From contig CAMVCZ010000010.1 of assembly GCA_947166105.1 (NCBI GenBank), positions 3,037 through 67,036 on the forward strand: a DNA stretch of 64,000 nt, given 5' to 3'. Under the pieces are notes generated by a model, which searched no databases, had not been told where the DNA came from, and saw only the letters and a list, made by a program, of their open reading frames with translations. The translations under genes were made by a program, and so were the position numbers. Origin of the DNA: an uncultured Bacteroidales bacterium. Lineage in GTDB: Bacteria > Bacteroidota > Bacteroidia > Bacteroidales > F082. Shown here piece by piece: positions 9,933-19,362 of the stretch. Every line of letters starts with the position of its first letter. Position 1 is the first letter of the stretch.

Positions 9933-12389
9933 ATGCCGAAGAAAAGCCGAAACGATTACCCAAGCGGGAGCCGCACCAGTTGGAAGGTGGTCATCACCTA
10001 CTTGTTCGTCATGGCCCTTTGCGCAGCCTTGTTCTACTACATCTCCAACCTCCGCAACAGCATCGAAAACCAACGCTCCAACATCAACTCGCAGCACGAC
10101 GCGCTCAATTGGGTGAACGAATTCACCAAAAACGTACACGCCGCCCAAAACGCCGCCAACCTCTTCGCCTTCACCGAACAACCCAAATACAAGCGCGAGT
10201 TCAACGCCTACCGAGACGCCATCACCGCGCAAACCGACTCGCTGATGTCGTTTGAAATCAGCGATGACAACAAACTGATGGTGAGCAAGATAGAAAGTCT
10301 CATCAAAAGCAAGGGCCGCATCAGCAACGAACTGTCGAAGCAGTTCCACGACTTCAACCCTTTGGCCGAATTCGACCGCACCATCGACGACTACAGACCC
10401 CCAAAAACCGAGGACGAAATCGTGGTGACCACCGTTTCTAAAGACACCATCATCCATGTGCCGCGCAAGCCTGACAAGCCGGGCTTCTGGCAAAGGGTCG
10501 GCAAGGTGTTCAACCCGTCTGAATCCGCCGAAGACAGCCTCGTGTACATCTCCATCGAGCGCACCGACACGCTCCACATCCAACGCCAGCACCCCGACAC
10601 CATCAACATTTTGGCCGACCTGCGTGTGCTTTCCAACCGCGCCAAGGCCGAATACTGGAATAAAATCAAGGATTACGAAAAAAAGACGCAGGAACTGGTG
10701 AAGGCCGACAACCAACTATCAGAGCAGATTTCCACCTTATTGATACGCCTCAACCAAGAAATCCTCGACTCCACCATCGTTGAAATCGAGAAAAGCGAGG
10801 AAATCATCGACGAAAACACACGCACCTCCATCCTCATCGGTGCAGCAACATTGCTGCTCATCATCATCTTCATCATACTGATTATCAGTGATGTAAACAA
10901 AGGCTATCGCGCCCGCCGCGCCGCCGAGGAAGCCAAGAAAAAGACCGAGGAAATCATGGAAAGCCGCCACAAACTGCTGCTCTCCGTGTCACACGACATC
11001 AAGACGCCGCTCAGTTCCATCATGGGCTATGTGGAACTCTTGGACAAGACCGGCAACGAGAAGGAAATCAACTCGATACAGCAATCCGCCGGCCACATCC
11101 TCAACCTTTTGACCAACCTTTTGGAGTTTTCGAGCCTCGAACAGGGCAAACTGCAAGTCAACAAAGAGAACTTCAACATCCACCAACTTTGTGACGAAAC
11201 CGCCGAGATGTTCGAGTCCATCGCCCGACACAAGAACCTGCAATTCCAGTTGGAAAACAGCATCGAACCCAACACTTTTGTCTGCTCCGACCAACTGAAA
11301 ATCAAACAGATACTGACTAACATCATCTCCAACGGCATCAAATACACCTTGGAGGGCAGCGTCACCTTCAAGGCGCGGATGGGGCGCAACCTGCTCGTTT
11401 TCGACATCACCGACACGGGCGTGGGCATCCCCGAAGACAAGTTGGAGGAAGTGTTCAAGCCTTTTGTGCGCATCGAGACCTACAACCAATTCGCCGAGGG
11501 CAGTGGCTATGGCATGTCGGTCGTCAAGGGTCTCGTCGACCTGCTCGGCGGCGAAATCCACATCGATTCCGAGGTGGGCAAAGGCACGCATTTCGAGGTC
11601 AGGATTCCAGTGGAGTCGGTTGAGCAAAGAGTTGAAGAAACGAATGAGGTAATTGAGGACAACAAAAAGAGCCTCAACATCTTAGTTATCGATGACGACA
11701 ACACGCTTTTGTCCGTCATAGATACCATGCTGCACCGCCTCGGCCACCAAGCCATTCCCTGCCGCTCAATGAACGATGTGGAAAACGCCCTGCATCAGGT
11801 GCAGGAATACGATTACATCCTGACTGACAGGGAGATGGGAGCCGTTACGGGCAACGATGTACTGTATTTCTTCAAGGAAGCCGACCCCAAAAAGCCCGTC
11901 ATTCTTATGACCGGCCGCATCGAATACACCATCGAAAAAGCCAAAGCCGAGGGCTTCGATGGATTCTTGCAGAAACCCTTCAACCTCAAGCAGTTGGAGA
12001 ACCTATTCGGAAGTGTCGCTTCAAGTGAAATGGAGGCCGAAACCGCCTTCCCCGATTTTCCCGCCTTCAGTGAAATGATGGGCAACGACAAGGAAGCCAT
12101 GACCGATATTTTGGCCGTCTTTGTGCAGTCCACTGCCGACGATTTGGTTAAAATGAACACTTTAATTGAGCAGTCGGATTTCGTTGAAATGCAAGGGCTT
12201 TGCCACAAGATGCTGCCCATGTTCAAGCAATTGGAGCGCGACACCACCTTCCTCGCCCGCATGAACGCCCTGCGCGGCAAACCCGAAACTGAAGCCGACT
12301 ACCCCAACTGGAAAGACGACGCAACCCAATTCATGTCGCAAGTTGATGAATTGCTGGATTTGCTGGCGGAGAAGTATGGGATCGAATAA
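9933..12389 (+). CDS. hybrid sensor histidine kinase/response regulator with C-terminal Hpt domain
   Basis: Two TM segments. H-box SHDIKTPLSSIMGY, G1 DTGVGIPEDKLEEVFKPF, G2 GSGYGMSVVKGL, a REC domain (ILVIDDDNTLL..ILTDREMG), and an Hpt-like region (LCHKMLPMFKQL). Confidence 0.9.
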   Translation: MPKKSRNDYPSGSRTSWKVVITYLFVMALCAALFYYISNLRNSIENQRSNINSQHDALNWVNEFTKNVHAAQNAANLFAFTEQPKYKREFNAYRDAITAQTDSLMSFEISDDNKLMVSKIESLIKSKGRISNELSKQFHDFNPLAEFDRTIDDYRPPKTEDEIVVTTVSKDTIIHVPRKPDKPGFWQRVGKVFNPSESAEDSLVYISIERTDTLHIQRQHPDTINILADLRVLSNRAKAEYWNKIKDYEKKTQELVKADNQLSEQISTLLIRLNQEILDSTIVEIEKSEEIIDENTRTSILIGAATLLLIIIFIILIISDVNKGYRARRAAEEAKKKTEEIMESRHKLLLSVSHDIKTPLSSIMGYVELLDKTGNEKEINSIQQSAGHILNLLTNLLEFSSLEQGKLQVNKENFNIHQLCDETAEMFESIARHKNLQFQLENSIEPNTFVCSDQLKIKQILTNIISNGIKYTLEGSVTFKARMGRNLLVFDITDTGVGIPEDKLEEVFKPFVRIETYNQFAEGSGYGMSVVKGLVDLLGGEIHIDSEVGKGTHFEVRIPVESVEQRVEETNEVIEDNKKSLNILVIDDDNTLLSVIDTMLHRLGHQAIPCRSMNDVENALHQVQEYDYILTDREMGAVTGNDVLYFFKEADPKKPVILMTGRIEYTIEKAKAEGFDGFLQKPFNLKQLENLFGSVASSEMEAETAFPDFPAFSEMMGNDKEAMTDILAVFVQSTADDLVKMNTLIEQSDFVEMQGLCHKMLPMFKQLERDTTFLARMNALRGKPETEADYPNWKDDATQFMSQVDELLDLLAEKYGIE

Positions 12390-12391
12390 GA

Positions 12392-13729
12392 TTAAAGTTC
12401 TATCCCATACAAATGCATCTTGTTATACAAGGTCTTCCTGTCGATTTGCAAAAGTTTGGCGGCCACGGTCTTATTTCCACGCGCCTTCTGAAGCGCGGCC
12501 TCGATTTGTTCTTTCTCGTGCTCGGGACGCAAGGCCCAATCGTCTTCATCGGCGGCAATGACGGTCTTTTTGTTGGGCGCACTGAACACCGGCAGGTCGT
12601 CCAATTCGATGTTTTCGCCCTCGGCAAACAGCACGCAACGGCGCACTACATTGCGCAACTCGCGCAGGTTGCCGTTCCAGCGTTGCTCCTTCATGCGTTG
12701 CAAGGCATCGTCCGAAATGCCTTTCACGTTCTTGCCCAACTCCTCATTGGCCTGACGGATGAAAAACGCCGTCAGTTCGTCGAAGTCTTCCAAACGGTCA
12801 CGTAAAGGCGGCACCTCAATGGCAAACTCATTGATTCTATGGAACAAATCCTGACGGAAACGGCCTTCTTCTATGGCCTTTTCCAAGTTCTCATTGGTGG
12901 CGGCAAGGATGCGCACGTCAACATGGATGTCAGTGGCCGAGCCTACGGGCCTCACCTTTTGCTCCTGCAAGGCGCGGAGCAGTTGCATCTGCACCTCGTA
13001 GGGCAAATTGCCCACCTCGTCAAGGAACACCGTGCCGCCTTTGGCCTGCTCAAAAACGCCTTTCTTGTCGGCGATGGCTGAGGTGAATGAGCCTTTCAGA
13101 TGGCCAAACAACTCACTGGGAGCCAACTCCTTGGAGAGGCTTCCACAATCCACGGGGATGAAAGGCCCGTCTTTATATAAGCTCATCTCGTGAATCATGC
13201 GGGCGATATATTCCTTGCCCGTGCCGCTCTCGCCGAGGATGAGTACGGAGAATTTGGTCGGGGCAACCAGTTCCACATGCTTATAAAGCCGAATCATGGA
13301 AGGGCTGCTGCCCCTCACCCACTGTCTGTTGCCCGGAATGAAGGTTTCGGCTGCCTCTTCGTCGGTGGAAGCCAACGCCGCCGCGATTTTCTCCTCCAAA
13401 ACGCTCGGGTTGATGGGTTTCTTGAGGTAGTCGAAGGCACCGAGTTTCATGGCCGAAACAGCAGTTTGAACCTCGGCATAGCCCGTCATCACGATGATGG
13501 GTACCTTGCTTTTCAGTTTTTCGCGCACCCAAGTCATCAGGATGATGCCGTCGCCATCGGGCAAGCGCAAATCGGTGAGAATCAAGCCAAAATCACCGCT
13601 TGAAATCTCGATTTTAGCCTGTTCATAGCGCGACGCAAGCACCGCCTCATAGCCGTTCTTCTTCAGCCAAGTCTGAATCATCAGGCCGAAGGAGGCATCG
13701 TCTTCCACAACAAGAATTCTACATTTCAT
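12392..13729 (-). CDS. sigma-54-dependent Fis-family response regulator (NtrC-type enhancer-binding protein)
   Basis: REC domain (MKCRILVVEDD..LTDLRLPDG). AAA+ domain with Walker A GESGTGKE, a GAFTGA-loop variant GSFTSA and SELFGH. C-terminal HTH AAKLLQIDRKTLYNKM. Start at the internal ATG 13729. Confidence 0.9.
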   Translation of the reverse strand: MKCRILVVEDDASFGLMIQTWLKKNGYEAVLASRYEQAKIEISSGDFGLILTDLRLPDGDGIILMTWVREKLKSKVPIIVMTGYAEVQTAVSAMKLGAFDYLKKPINPSVLEEKIAAALASTDEEAAETFIPGNRQWVRGSSPSMIRLYKHVELVAPTKFSVLILGESGTGKEYIARMIHEMSLYKDGPFIPVDCGSLSKELAPSELFGHLKGSFTSAIADKKGVFEQAKGGTVFLDEVGNLPYEVQMQLLRALQEQKVRPVGSATDIHVDVRILAATNENLEKAIEEGRFRQDLFHRINEFAIEVPPLRDRLEDFDELTAFFIRQANEELGKNVKGISDDALQRMKEQRWNGNLRELRNVVRRCVLFAEGENIELDDLPVFSAPNKKTVIAADEDDWALRPEHEKEQIEAALQKARGNKTVAAKLLQIDRKTLYNKMHLYGIEL

Positions 13730-13734
13730 GGGTG

Positions 13735-13742
13735 CAAAAGTA
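13735..13742 (-). promoter_or_regulatory. -7 promoter box (TACTTTTG) immediately upstream of the activator ATG
   Basis: The reverse complement of caaaagta. Only 5 nt separate the box from ATG 13729. Confidence 0.35.
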
Positions 13743-13774
13743 ACAATTTTTTGTAGATTCCACAAAATTACACA

Positions 13775-13813
13775 CAAAAAAAGCCCCACATTGGGGAAAT
13801 GTGAGGCGTTTTT
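13775..13813 (-). terminator. intrinsic (bidirectional-looking) terminator
   Basis: Hairpin GCCCCACAT..ATGTGAGGC (13783-13807, one mismatch), flanked by an A-run and a T-run. It lies downstream of the coiled-coil lipoprotein gene. Confidence 0.6.
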
Positions 13814-13851
13814 AAAAAAATTGAAAACGAGCAGTTCCGGTTTACCGGATT

Positions 13852-14742
13852 TTATTTGATGGAAACTACCAAATAATTCGACATACTCCAGAAAGCGTCC
13901 TTGTCATGGATTTGGATGGTCAGCGAACCTTCCTCTCCCTCAGTGATTTCGTAACTGCTTTCCGGGTGGTTGGTCATGATTTTGGCCTTTTTGGTGTGCA
14001 GGGGGATGATGTCCAAGTCGCGCTTGTTGCCTTGCATGAACTGGCTCTTGTCAAAGCCCTGCTTGGAGATTTCGGTGGGTTGGAACAGACCGCCCTTGCT
14101 GAGGACGCCTTTTTCCACAAGCACCTGCTGCGTGGCGATGCAAATCCACACCGTGTTCAGCATGGCATCTTGGTTTTCGATGGTGGCCTGTTGCGCCGCG
14201 TTCTGAACCGTCATCACATCAAGATTGCTGCTGAGTTCGTTGATGTTCTCGTTCAGGTCCGAAACCTGTTCGTTCAGGTCGGCAATCTGCTGGCGGCTTT
14301 GCTGCAACTCGTCCTTCAGGTTGTTGATGTAGGTATCTTTCTCCTCCAGTTGCTTTTTCAGTCGGCTCACGGTCTGGTTCAAAGCCTTCGACTTCGAGCC
14401 TTGCTCTGCCAACTGTTTCTCCAATTTCTCAATCTTCTTGCGGTTTTCCTGCAAAGTCTGCTGGATGGCATTGATTTCCGAAACGGCTTTGTTGGTGTTG
14501 CCCTCTTGGTTCTCCATCATAATGATGTTTTCTTGGGCGCGGATGGCCTCAAGCGCATTCTCAATCTCGTTGATGGTATTCAGCGCATTGTCGAAACCAC
14601 CTTTGGCGGCAACGGCCTCGGTGTAAAGCGAATCGCGCTCGGCCAACAGGGTTTGGTACTTTTCGGAACGTTCCACATTGCACGACGCGGCCATCAAGAC
14701 CACGAGAAGCAATGAAACCAATGTCATTTTGTGTTGCATCAT
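13852..14742 (-). CDS. coiled-coil lipoprotein, function unknown (apparent sigma-54 target)
   Basis: Signal peptide with lipobox (MMQHKMTLVSLLLVVLMAASC), followed by a long heptad-like Q/E/L-rich region. The ORF-track start at 14760 is a GTG lying at the predicted transcription start, so I used ATG 14742. Confidence 0.65.
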   Translation of the reverse strand: MMQHKMTLVSLLLVVLMAASCNVERSEKYQTLLAERDSLYTEAVAAKGGFDNALNTINEIENALEAIRAQENIIMMENQEGNTNKAVSEINAIQQTLQENRKKIEKLEKQLAEQGSKSKALNQTVSRLKKQLEEKDTYINNLKDELQQSRQQIADLNEQVSDLNENINELSSNLDVMTVQNAAQQATIENQDAMLNTVWICIATQQVLVEKGVLSKGGLFQPTEISKQGFDKSQFMQGNKRDLDIIPLHTKKAKIMTNHPESSYEITEGEEGSLTIQIHDKDAFWSMSNYLVVSIK

Positions 14743-14771
14743 ATCCAGTTTTTGAATCACCTTATTTATTT

Positions 14772-14787
14772 AGCACAATGCGTGCCA
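14772..14787 (-). promoter_or_regulatory. sigma-54 (-24/-12) promoter
   Basis: The minus strand reads TGGCACGCATTGTGCT, against the consensus TGGCACG-N4-TTGCW (one mismatch, correct GG/GC spacing). It lies about 30 nt upstream of ATG 14742 and next to a sigma-54 activator gene. Confidence 0.65.
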
Positions 14788-14912
14788 CAACGAAAAGAAA
14801 TATTCAACTAATTGTTTATCAATATTTTGAAATCATTTCCACAACTACTACCAACTGTAGAAAACTGTGGAAAACACAAAATGGTTGCCCAAATTGTGGA
14901 AATGTGGGGATT

Positions 14913-15734
14913 CTACAGATACACAAATCCCGTGCATTTGTGGCGCGGCAAGGGGAAAATCGAGGTGTTTGCGTCGAGCCGGACGCGCTTTTTCTGGAAT
15001 TGCTGATAGAGGCACTGCATGGCGCGCTCAGGCGTGTTGTTGTTCTCACTGAGGTGGCAAAGCATGATGTTTTTCATCCCCGCATGGTAGATTTCGGCCA
15101 CGAAACGAGCCGATTCCTCATTGCTCAAATGCCCGAATGGACTCGAAATGCGCTGTTTCAGGATGTAAGGATAAGGGCCTTTTTCCAACATTTCCACATC
15201 GTAGTTCGCCTCAATGACAAGGTTGTCGGCACGGCGAATCTGTTCCTTCACCACCTTGTCAAGCATTCCAATATCAGTAGCGATGGTCAATGTACGGCCT
15301 TCGTAGTCAAAATGATAGCCTACAGCACCTCGGCCATCGTGCATGACGGGGAATGCCTCTATGGTGATGCCGCAAACCTCGAAAGGCTGCAAAGGCTCCA
15401 CTTCGCGGAACAATTGCGGGTCGACTTTCTTCGTCGACTTGCCCTCCGCAATGCCTTGCAAGCAATCCGAGTGCGCGTAAATCGGGATGGACGACAGTTT
15501 TGTCAAGTTTTCAAGCCCCAACACATGGTCGATGTGGTCGTGAGTAATCAGTATGGCCTTGATTTGGCTGAGCGGTATGTCGTTCTCGGCCAACAAATTC
15601 AAGATTTGTTTTGCACTGATGCCCACATCCACCAAAACGCCCTCGTCCTGCTTGCCCACATAATAGCAATTGCCGCTGCTGCCAGAGGCAAAACTGCAAA
15701 AAACGAAGGGCGAAAGACAGGAAAAGAGATCCAT
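14913..15734 (-). CDS. MBL-fold metallo-hydrolase
   Basis: HxHxDH motif (ILITHDHIDH) within a beta-lactamase-fold length. Start set at ATG 15734, because the longer ORF start lies inside the promoter box. Confidence 0.8.
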   Translation of the reverse strand: MDLFSCLSPFVFCSFASGSSGNCYYVGKQDEGVLVDVGISAKQILNLLAENDIPLSQIKAILITHDHIDHVLGLENLTKLSSIPIYAHSDCLQGIAEGKSTKKVDPQLFREVEPLQPFEVCGITIEAFPVMHDGRGAVGYHFDYEGRTLTIATDIGMLDKVVKEQIRRADNLVIEANYDVEMLEKGPYPYILKQRISSPFGHLSNEESARFVAEIYHAGMKNIMLCHLSENNNTPERAMQCLYQQFQKKRVRLDANTSIFPLPRHKCTGFVYL

Positions 15735-15752
15735 CTGATTCAAATTTGGCCG

Positions 15753-15760
15753 CAAAAGTA
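15753..15760 (-). promoter_or_regulatory. -7 promoter box (TACTTTTG) for the MBL hydrolase gene
   Basis: The reverse complement of caaaagta, 18 nt upstream of ATG 15734. Confidence 0.45.
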
Positions 15761-15781
15761 ATGATTAATTCGTTTTTTGTT

Positions 15782-15789
15782 TAATTTTG
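15782..15789 (+). promoter_or_regulatory. -7 promoter box (TAATTTTG) for the ureohydrolase gene
   Basis: Exact TAnnTTTG match, 19 nt upstream of ATG 15809. Confidence 0.45.
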
Positions 15790-15808
15790 TCCGCCAAAAT
15801 TATCAACA

Positions 15809-16840
15809 ATGGAAAACAACTTTGACCCCAACGCCGCAGCCGTCGCCGATTCAGGCATTTACGGGCTGCCTTGTTCCGCCGAGGAAGCGCAAATCATCAT
15901 CATACCCGTGGAATGGGAACTCACAACCAGCTACAACCGAGGCACCGTAGACGGGCCAGCCACCATCATGGAGGCTTCTTTGCAAGTCGACCTTTGCCAC
16001 CACGACTATCCCGACCTATGGCAGAAAGGCATTTGGATGGACGAATTTCCGAAGGAACTCCGCGAACTGCACGATGAGATGGCTCCGCTGAGCGAGGACA
16101 TCATCAACGCATTGTATGAAGGCACAATCGACGAAGAACCAGAGAAATACGATGAACTTTACGCCCGTATCGAAGCTGCCACGGAGAAGAAAAACGACTG
16201 GTTGCGCGAGCGCATCGCCTATTGGAAAAAACAAGGCAAGGTTGTGGGGCTTTTGGGCGGCGACCACAGTTGCCCTTTGGCCTATCACCAATACCTTAAT
16301 AATATAGGTGAGGAATACGGCATCCTCCACGCTGATGCCCACTGCGACCTGCGCGAGGCTTTCGAGGGCTTCAAATACTCACATGCTTCCATCTTTTACA
16401 ACACATTGAAATTCAGCAATGTGAAGAAACTGGTGCAATTCGGAATCCGCGACTACTGCCATCAGGAAAAAGCCTTGGCCGAGAGCCAACCCGAGCGCAT
16501 AAAAATCTTCTTTGACCGCGATTGCCGCCGCCGCATGTATGAAGGCGAAACATGGAAAAACATTGTGGATGAGATGATTGCGGCCTTGCCCGAAAAAGTC
16601 TATCTCTCCATCGACATTGATGCTTTAGACCCGAAACTTTGTCCCAACACGGGCACACCAGTGCCGGGCGGCTTGGAATACGAGGAACTGATGTACCTGC
16701 TCAACCGCATCCGCGAGGCTGGCAAAACCATCATTGGCTTCGACCTCTGCGAGGTCTCCCCCTCTCCTAATGGCGGCGATTGGGATGGCAACGTTGGAGC
16801 ACGGGTTTTATTCCATTTGTGCGGGGTGGCGGCTAGATAG
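15809..16840 (+). CDS. arginase/agmatinase/formiminoglutamase-family ureohydrolase
   Basis: Mn-binding motifs GGDHSC, HADAHCDLR and SIDIDALDP. Confidence 0.8.
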   Translation: MENNFDPNAAAVADSGIYGLPCSAEEAQIIIIPVEWELTTSYNRGTVDGPATIMEASLQVDLCHHDYPDLWQKGIWMDEFPKELRELHDEMAPLSEDIINALYEGTIDEEPEKYDELYARIEAATEKKNDWLRERIAYWKKQGKVVGLLGGDHSCPLAYHQYLNNIGEEYGILHADAHCDLREAFEGFKYSHASIFYNTLKFSNVKKLVQFGIRDYCHQEKALAESQPERIKIFFDRDCRRRMYEGETWKNIVDEMIAALPEKVYLSIDIDALDPKLCPNTGTPVPGGLEYEELMYLLNRIREAGKTIIGFDLCEVSPSPNGGDWDGNVGARVLFHLCGVAAR

Positions 16841-16849
16841 AGACGGTCT

Positions 16850-17401
16850 TTACCCAAAATACGCCTCAGCCGCATAAAGCGGAACATTCTCCATCCAACC
16901 TTGGTCGATGTAAGGTTTCATGCTGAACCGCAAACCTTTCAGGTTCAACTCCTTGAATTCCTCATTGATGAAAGTGGAAAGCGATTTTGATTTGACGTTT
17001 TCTTCCGCTTTCACCTCAACGGGAACAACCCGTTCTGATGTTTGAACAAGAAAATCAACCTCTTGCGTAGAGTTGTCCTTACTGTAATAATAAACGGAAT
17101 GGCTCATTTTGGCGGTCAATTGCTGCAATACAAAATTCTCGGCAAAAGCCCCCTTGAACTCGACGAAAGCCTTGCTGCCCAACAGAATATCGGCTGGTTC
17201 TGTTTCGCAAAGCGTGGCCAAAAGTCCGCAATCCAAAAGATAAATCTTGAAGGCCGACGTGGCAGCATAGAACTTCAAAGGTTGGCGTGGCACATTGCAG
17301 CGGTTCACGCGGATAAGCAACCCCGCATCAAGAAGCCATTGCAGAGCCTCCTCAAATTGCATCATGCATAAATCGCTCTTTCCATGATGTTTACATTTCA
17401 A
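16850..17401 (-). pseudogene. 5'-truncated AAA-ATPase gene (only the DUF4143-like C-terminal half remains)
   Basis: The 183-aa ORF matches my recollection of the C-terminal DUF4143 part of ~400-aa Bacteroidales ATPases (..YLLDCGLL..VDFLV..PVEVK..). No Walker A/B half is present. A tandem repeat starts directly upstream. Confidence 0.5.
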
Positions 17402-17413
17402 TTTCGCTGCAAA

Positions 17414-17497
17414 ATTACAATTTTATGAGGGAATATCATAAAAATATTACAATTTTATGAGGGAATATTTTCAAAAAATTACAATTTTATGAGGGAA
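17414..17497. repeat. three direct copies of ATTACAATTTTATGAGGGAA at a 32-bp period
   Basis: Exact 20-mers at 17414-17433, 17446-17465 and 17478-17497, separated by 12-bp A/T-rich spacers. Confidence 0.9.
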
Positions 17498-17597
17498 CAA
17501 CAGTTAAACCAAGTCTTTTGACATCTTCTTAGACTACCATATTCACGATCACTTTCCCTTTTCAGGAAAAAAACACGATTCCTATCCTATTATTCTC

Positions 17598-17605
17598 TAC
17601 TTTTG
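17598..17605 (+). promoter_or_regulatory. -7 promoter box (TACTTTTG) for the DMT transporter gene
   Basis: Exact TAnnTTTG match, 52 nt upstream of ATG 17658. Confidence 0.4.
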
Positions 17606-17657
17606 CACCCACGTATTGTGGGGAACATAAAGCAACCTGTTCAACATCGGATAATCC

Positions 17658-18602
17658 ATGACCACCACTTATTTCGGCGAAATCATCGCCCTTATCGTAG
17701 CCTTTTCGTGGACGGCCACAGCCCTGTTTGCTGACGTGGCCAGCCATCGGTTGGGCTCATTGCCGCTCAACCTCATTCGCATGGTACTTTCGTGGGCTTT
17801 CCTTTCGGTCATGCTTTGGGTGGTCACGGGGGCACCTTATCCCTTGTATGCCAACGGCCAAGCATGGTTTTGGTTGGCACTTTCGGGCTTGGTGGGTTAT
17901 GTCTTCGGCGACTGGTGTCTGTTCAATTCCTACATCGTTTTCGGCTCGCGCTATGGCCAGTTGTTTATGACCTTGGCACCACCGATGGCTGGTATTGCCG
18001 GATGGTTGATGTTGGGCGAGTCAATGTCGTGGCGTTCATGGTTGGCCATGCTCGTTACCCTGACGGGTATTGCCGTTTCCATTTTGGCCCGAGGCGGCGA
18101 GCAGCACAAACTCACTTTAAAACTGCCTTTGAAAGGCGTTTTGTTCGGAATAGGGGCTGGAGTTGGTCAAGGTGTTGGCTTGGTTCTCAGCAAGATAGGT
18201 CTGGAGCATTACGAGCAAGCCATCCCTTCCGACGCCCCTCAATCCATCGCCAAAATGATGCCTTTTGCAGGCACTTACATCCGTGCCGTGGCAGGATTTG
18301 TGGGCTTTTTCCTCATCTTGGCCTTGGCCAAATCGTTGCCGCAGGTCGGCAAGGCCGTCCGCGACAAGAAAGGGATGCTTTTCGCCACGCTGACCACCTT
18401 TTTCGGCCCATTCCTCGGCGTGTCGCTCTCGCTGATGGCCGTGCAATACGCCAAGGCGGGCATCGCCTCCACCCTGATGGCTCTCACGCCCGTCCTCATC
18501 ATTGTGCCATACGCCATCATCCACAAGCAAAAAATATCCGTGAAAGAGGTGATTGGAACATTGATTACGATGGTTGGAGTGGCGTTGTTTTTCTTGGTGT
18601 AA
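17658..18602 (+). CDS. DMT-superfamily (EamA-like) transporter
   Basis: 314 aa with about 10 hydrophobic helices arranged as two similar halves. Confidence 0.7.
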   Translation: MTTTYFGEIIALIVAFSWTATALFADVASHRLGSLPLNLIRMVLSWAFLSVMLWVVTGAPYPLYANGQAWFWLALSGLVGYVFGDWCLFNSYIVFGSRYGQLFMTLAPPMAGIAGWLMLGESMSWRSWLAMLVTLTGIAVSILARGGEQHKLTLKLPLKGVLFGIGAGVGQGVGLVLSKIGLEHYEQAIPSDAPQSIAKMMPFAGTYIRAVAGFVGFFLILALAKSLPQVGKAVRDKKGMLFATLTTFFGPFLGVSLSLMAVQYAKAGIASTLMALTPVLIIVPYAIIHKQKISVKEVIGTLITMVGVALFFLV

Positions 18603-18654
18603 GCCGAATAGACACATTAATTCTCTTTTTCTTTCATCCGTTCCATTTTTTCCC

Positions 18655-18662
18655 TACTTTTG
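18655..18662 (+). promoter_or_regulatory. -7 promoter box (TACTTTTG) for the DUF47-PiT-DUF47 operon
   Basis: Exact TAnnTTTG match, 49 nt upstream of ATG 18712. Confidence 0.45.
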
Positions 18663-18711
18663 CCCCCAAATTAATTTCGTTAAATTTAACGATTTCAAAC
18701 CCATCTCGATA

Positions 18712-19362
18712 ATGGCACTGAACAACCTTTTCACCAGAGGAAGCAGCCGCGAGAAGCATTTCTTCCCCACATACGCAAAACAGGCTGAGACTGCGCAAAT
18801 TGCAGCCAAATACCTCAAGGAACTCGTCAAGAGCGACGACCCCGAGGAGCGCAAACTGCTCACCCGAATGATCAAGAAACAGGAAACCACCGGCGACGAA
18901 CTGCTGCGCGAGTTCTACATCGAACTGAACGAGGCTTTCGTCACGCCCTTCGACCGCGAGGACATGAACGCCTTGGCCATGGACTTGGATAAGTTCCTCG
19001 ACTTCATCAACCATTCGGCCAAGACCATCCTGATGTACAACCCCAAGAAAATCGACAAGCAAATCAAGGAGATCATCGACAACATCCATGAGGACGCCAG
19101 CCTAATGATGCAAATCTTTGGTCTTTTGGACGATCTTGGAAAGAACCATCAGCAAATCAGCGACTTATGCCAGAAAGTCACCCTCATCGAACATGCCGTC
19201 GACGACATCTACGGCGACTACATCTCCTACCTTTTCAGCAACGAACACGATGAGATTGAACTGCTGAAATACAAGGAGATAGCCCAAGCTGTGGAAGACA
19301 CCACCGACCGCGCCAAAGAGGTGACCAGCACCGTTAAAAGTATTATCATAAAAGAATCGTGA
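18712..19362 (+). CDS. DUF47 (PhoU-like, YkaA-type) protein
   Basis: Start at the internal ATG (MALNNLF..). Contains GDELLREFYIELNEAFVTPFDREDMNALAMDLD, typical of DUF47. The stop overlaps the PiT start. Confidence 0.75.
   Translation: MALNNLFTRGSSREKHFFPTYAKQAETAQIAAKYLKELVKSDDPEERKLLTRMIKKQETTGDELLREFYIELNEAFVTPFDREDMNALAMDLDKFLDFINHSAKTILMYNPKKIDKQIKEIIDNIHEDASLMMQIFGLLDDLGKNHQQISDLCQKVTLIEHAVDDIYGDYISYLFSNEHDEIELLKYKEIAQAVEDTTDRAKEVTSTVKSIIIKES

Noticed and set aside
17414-17497. Possible CRISPR array (20-bp repeats with spacers)
   Set aside because: There are only three copies, the spacers are 12 bp and A/T-rich, the repeat has no dyad, and there are no cas genes. No CRISPR-like array was seen anywhere in the window.
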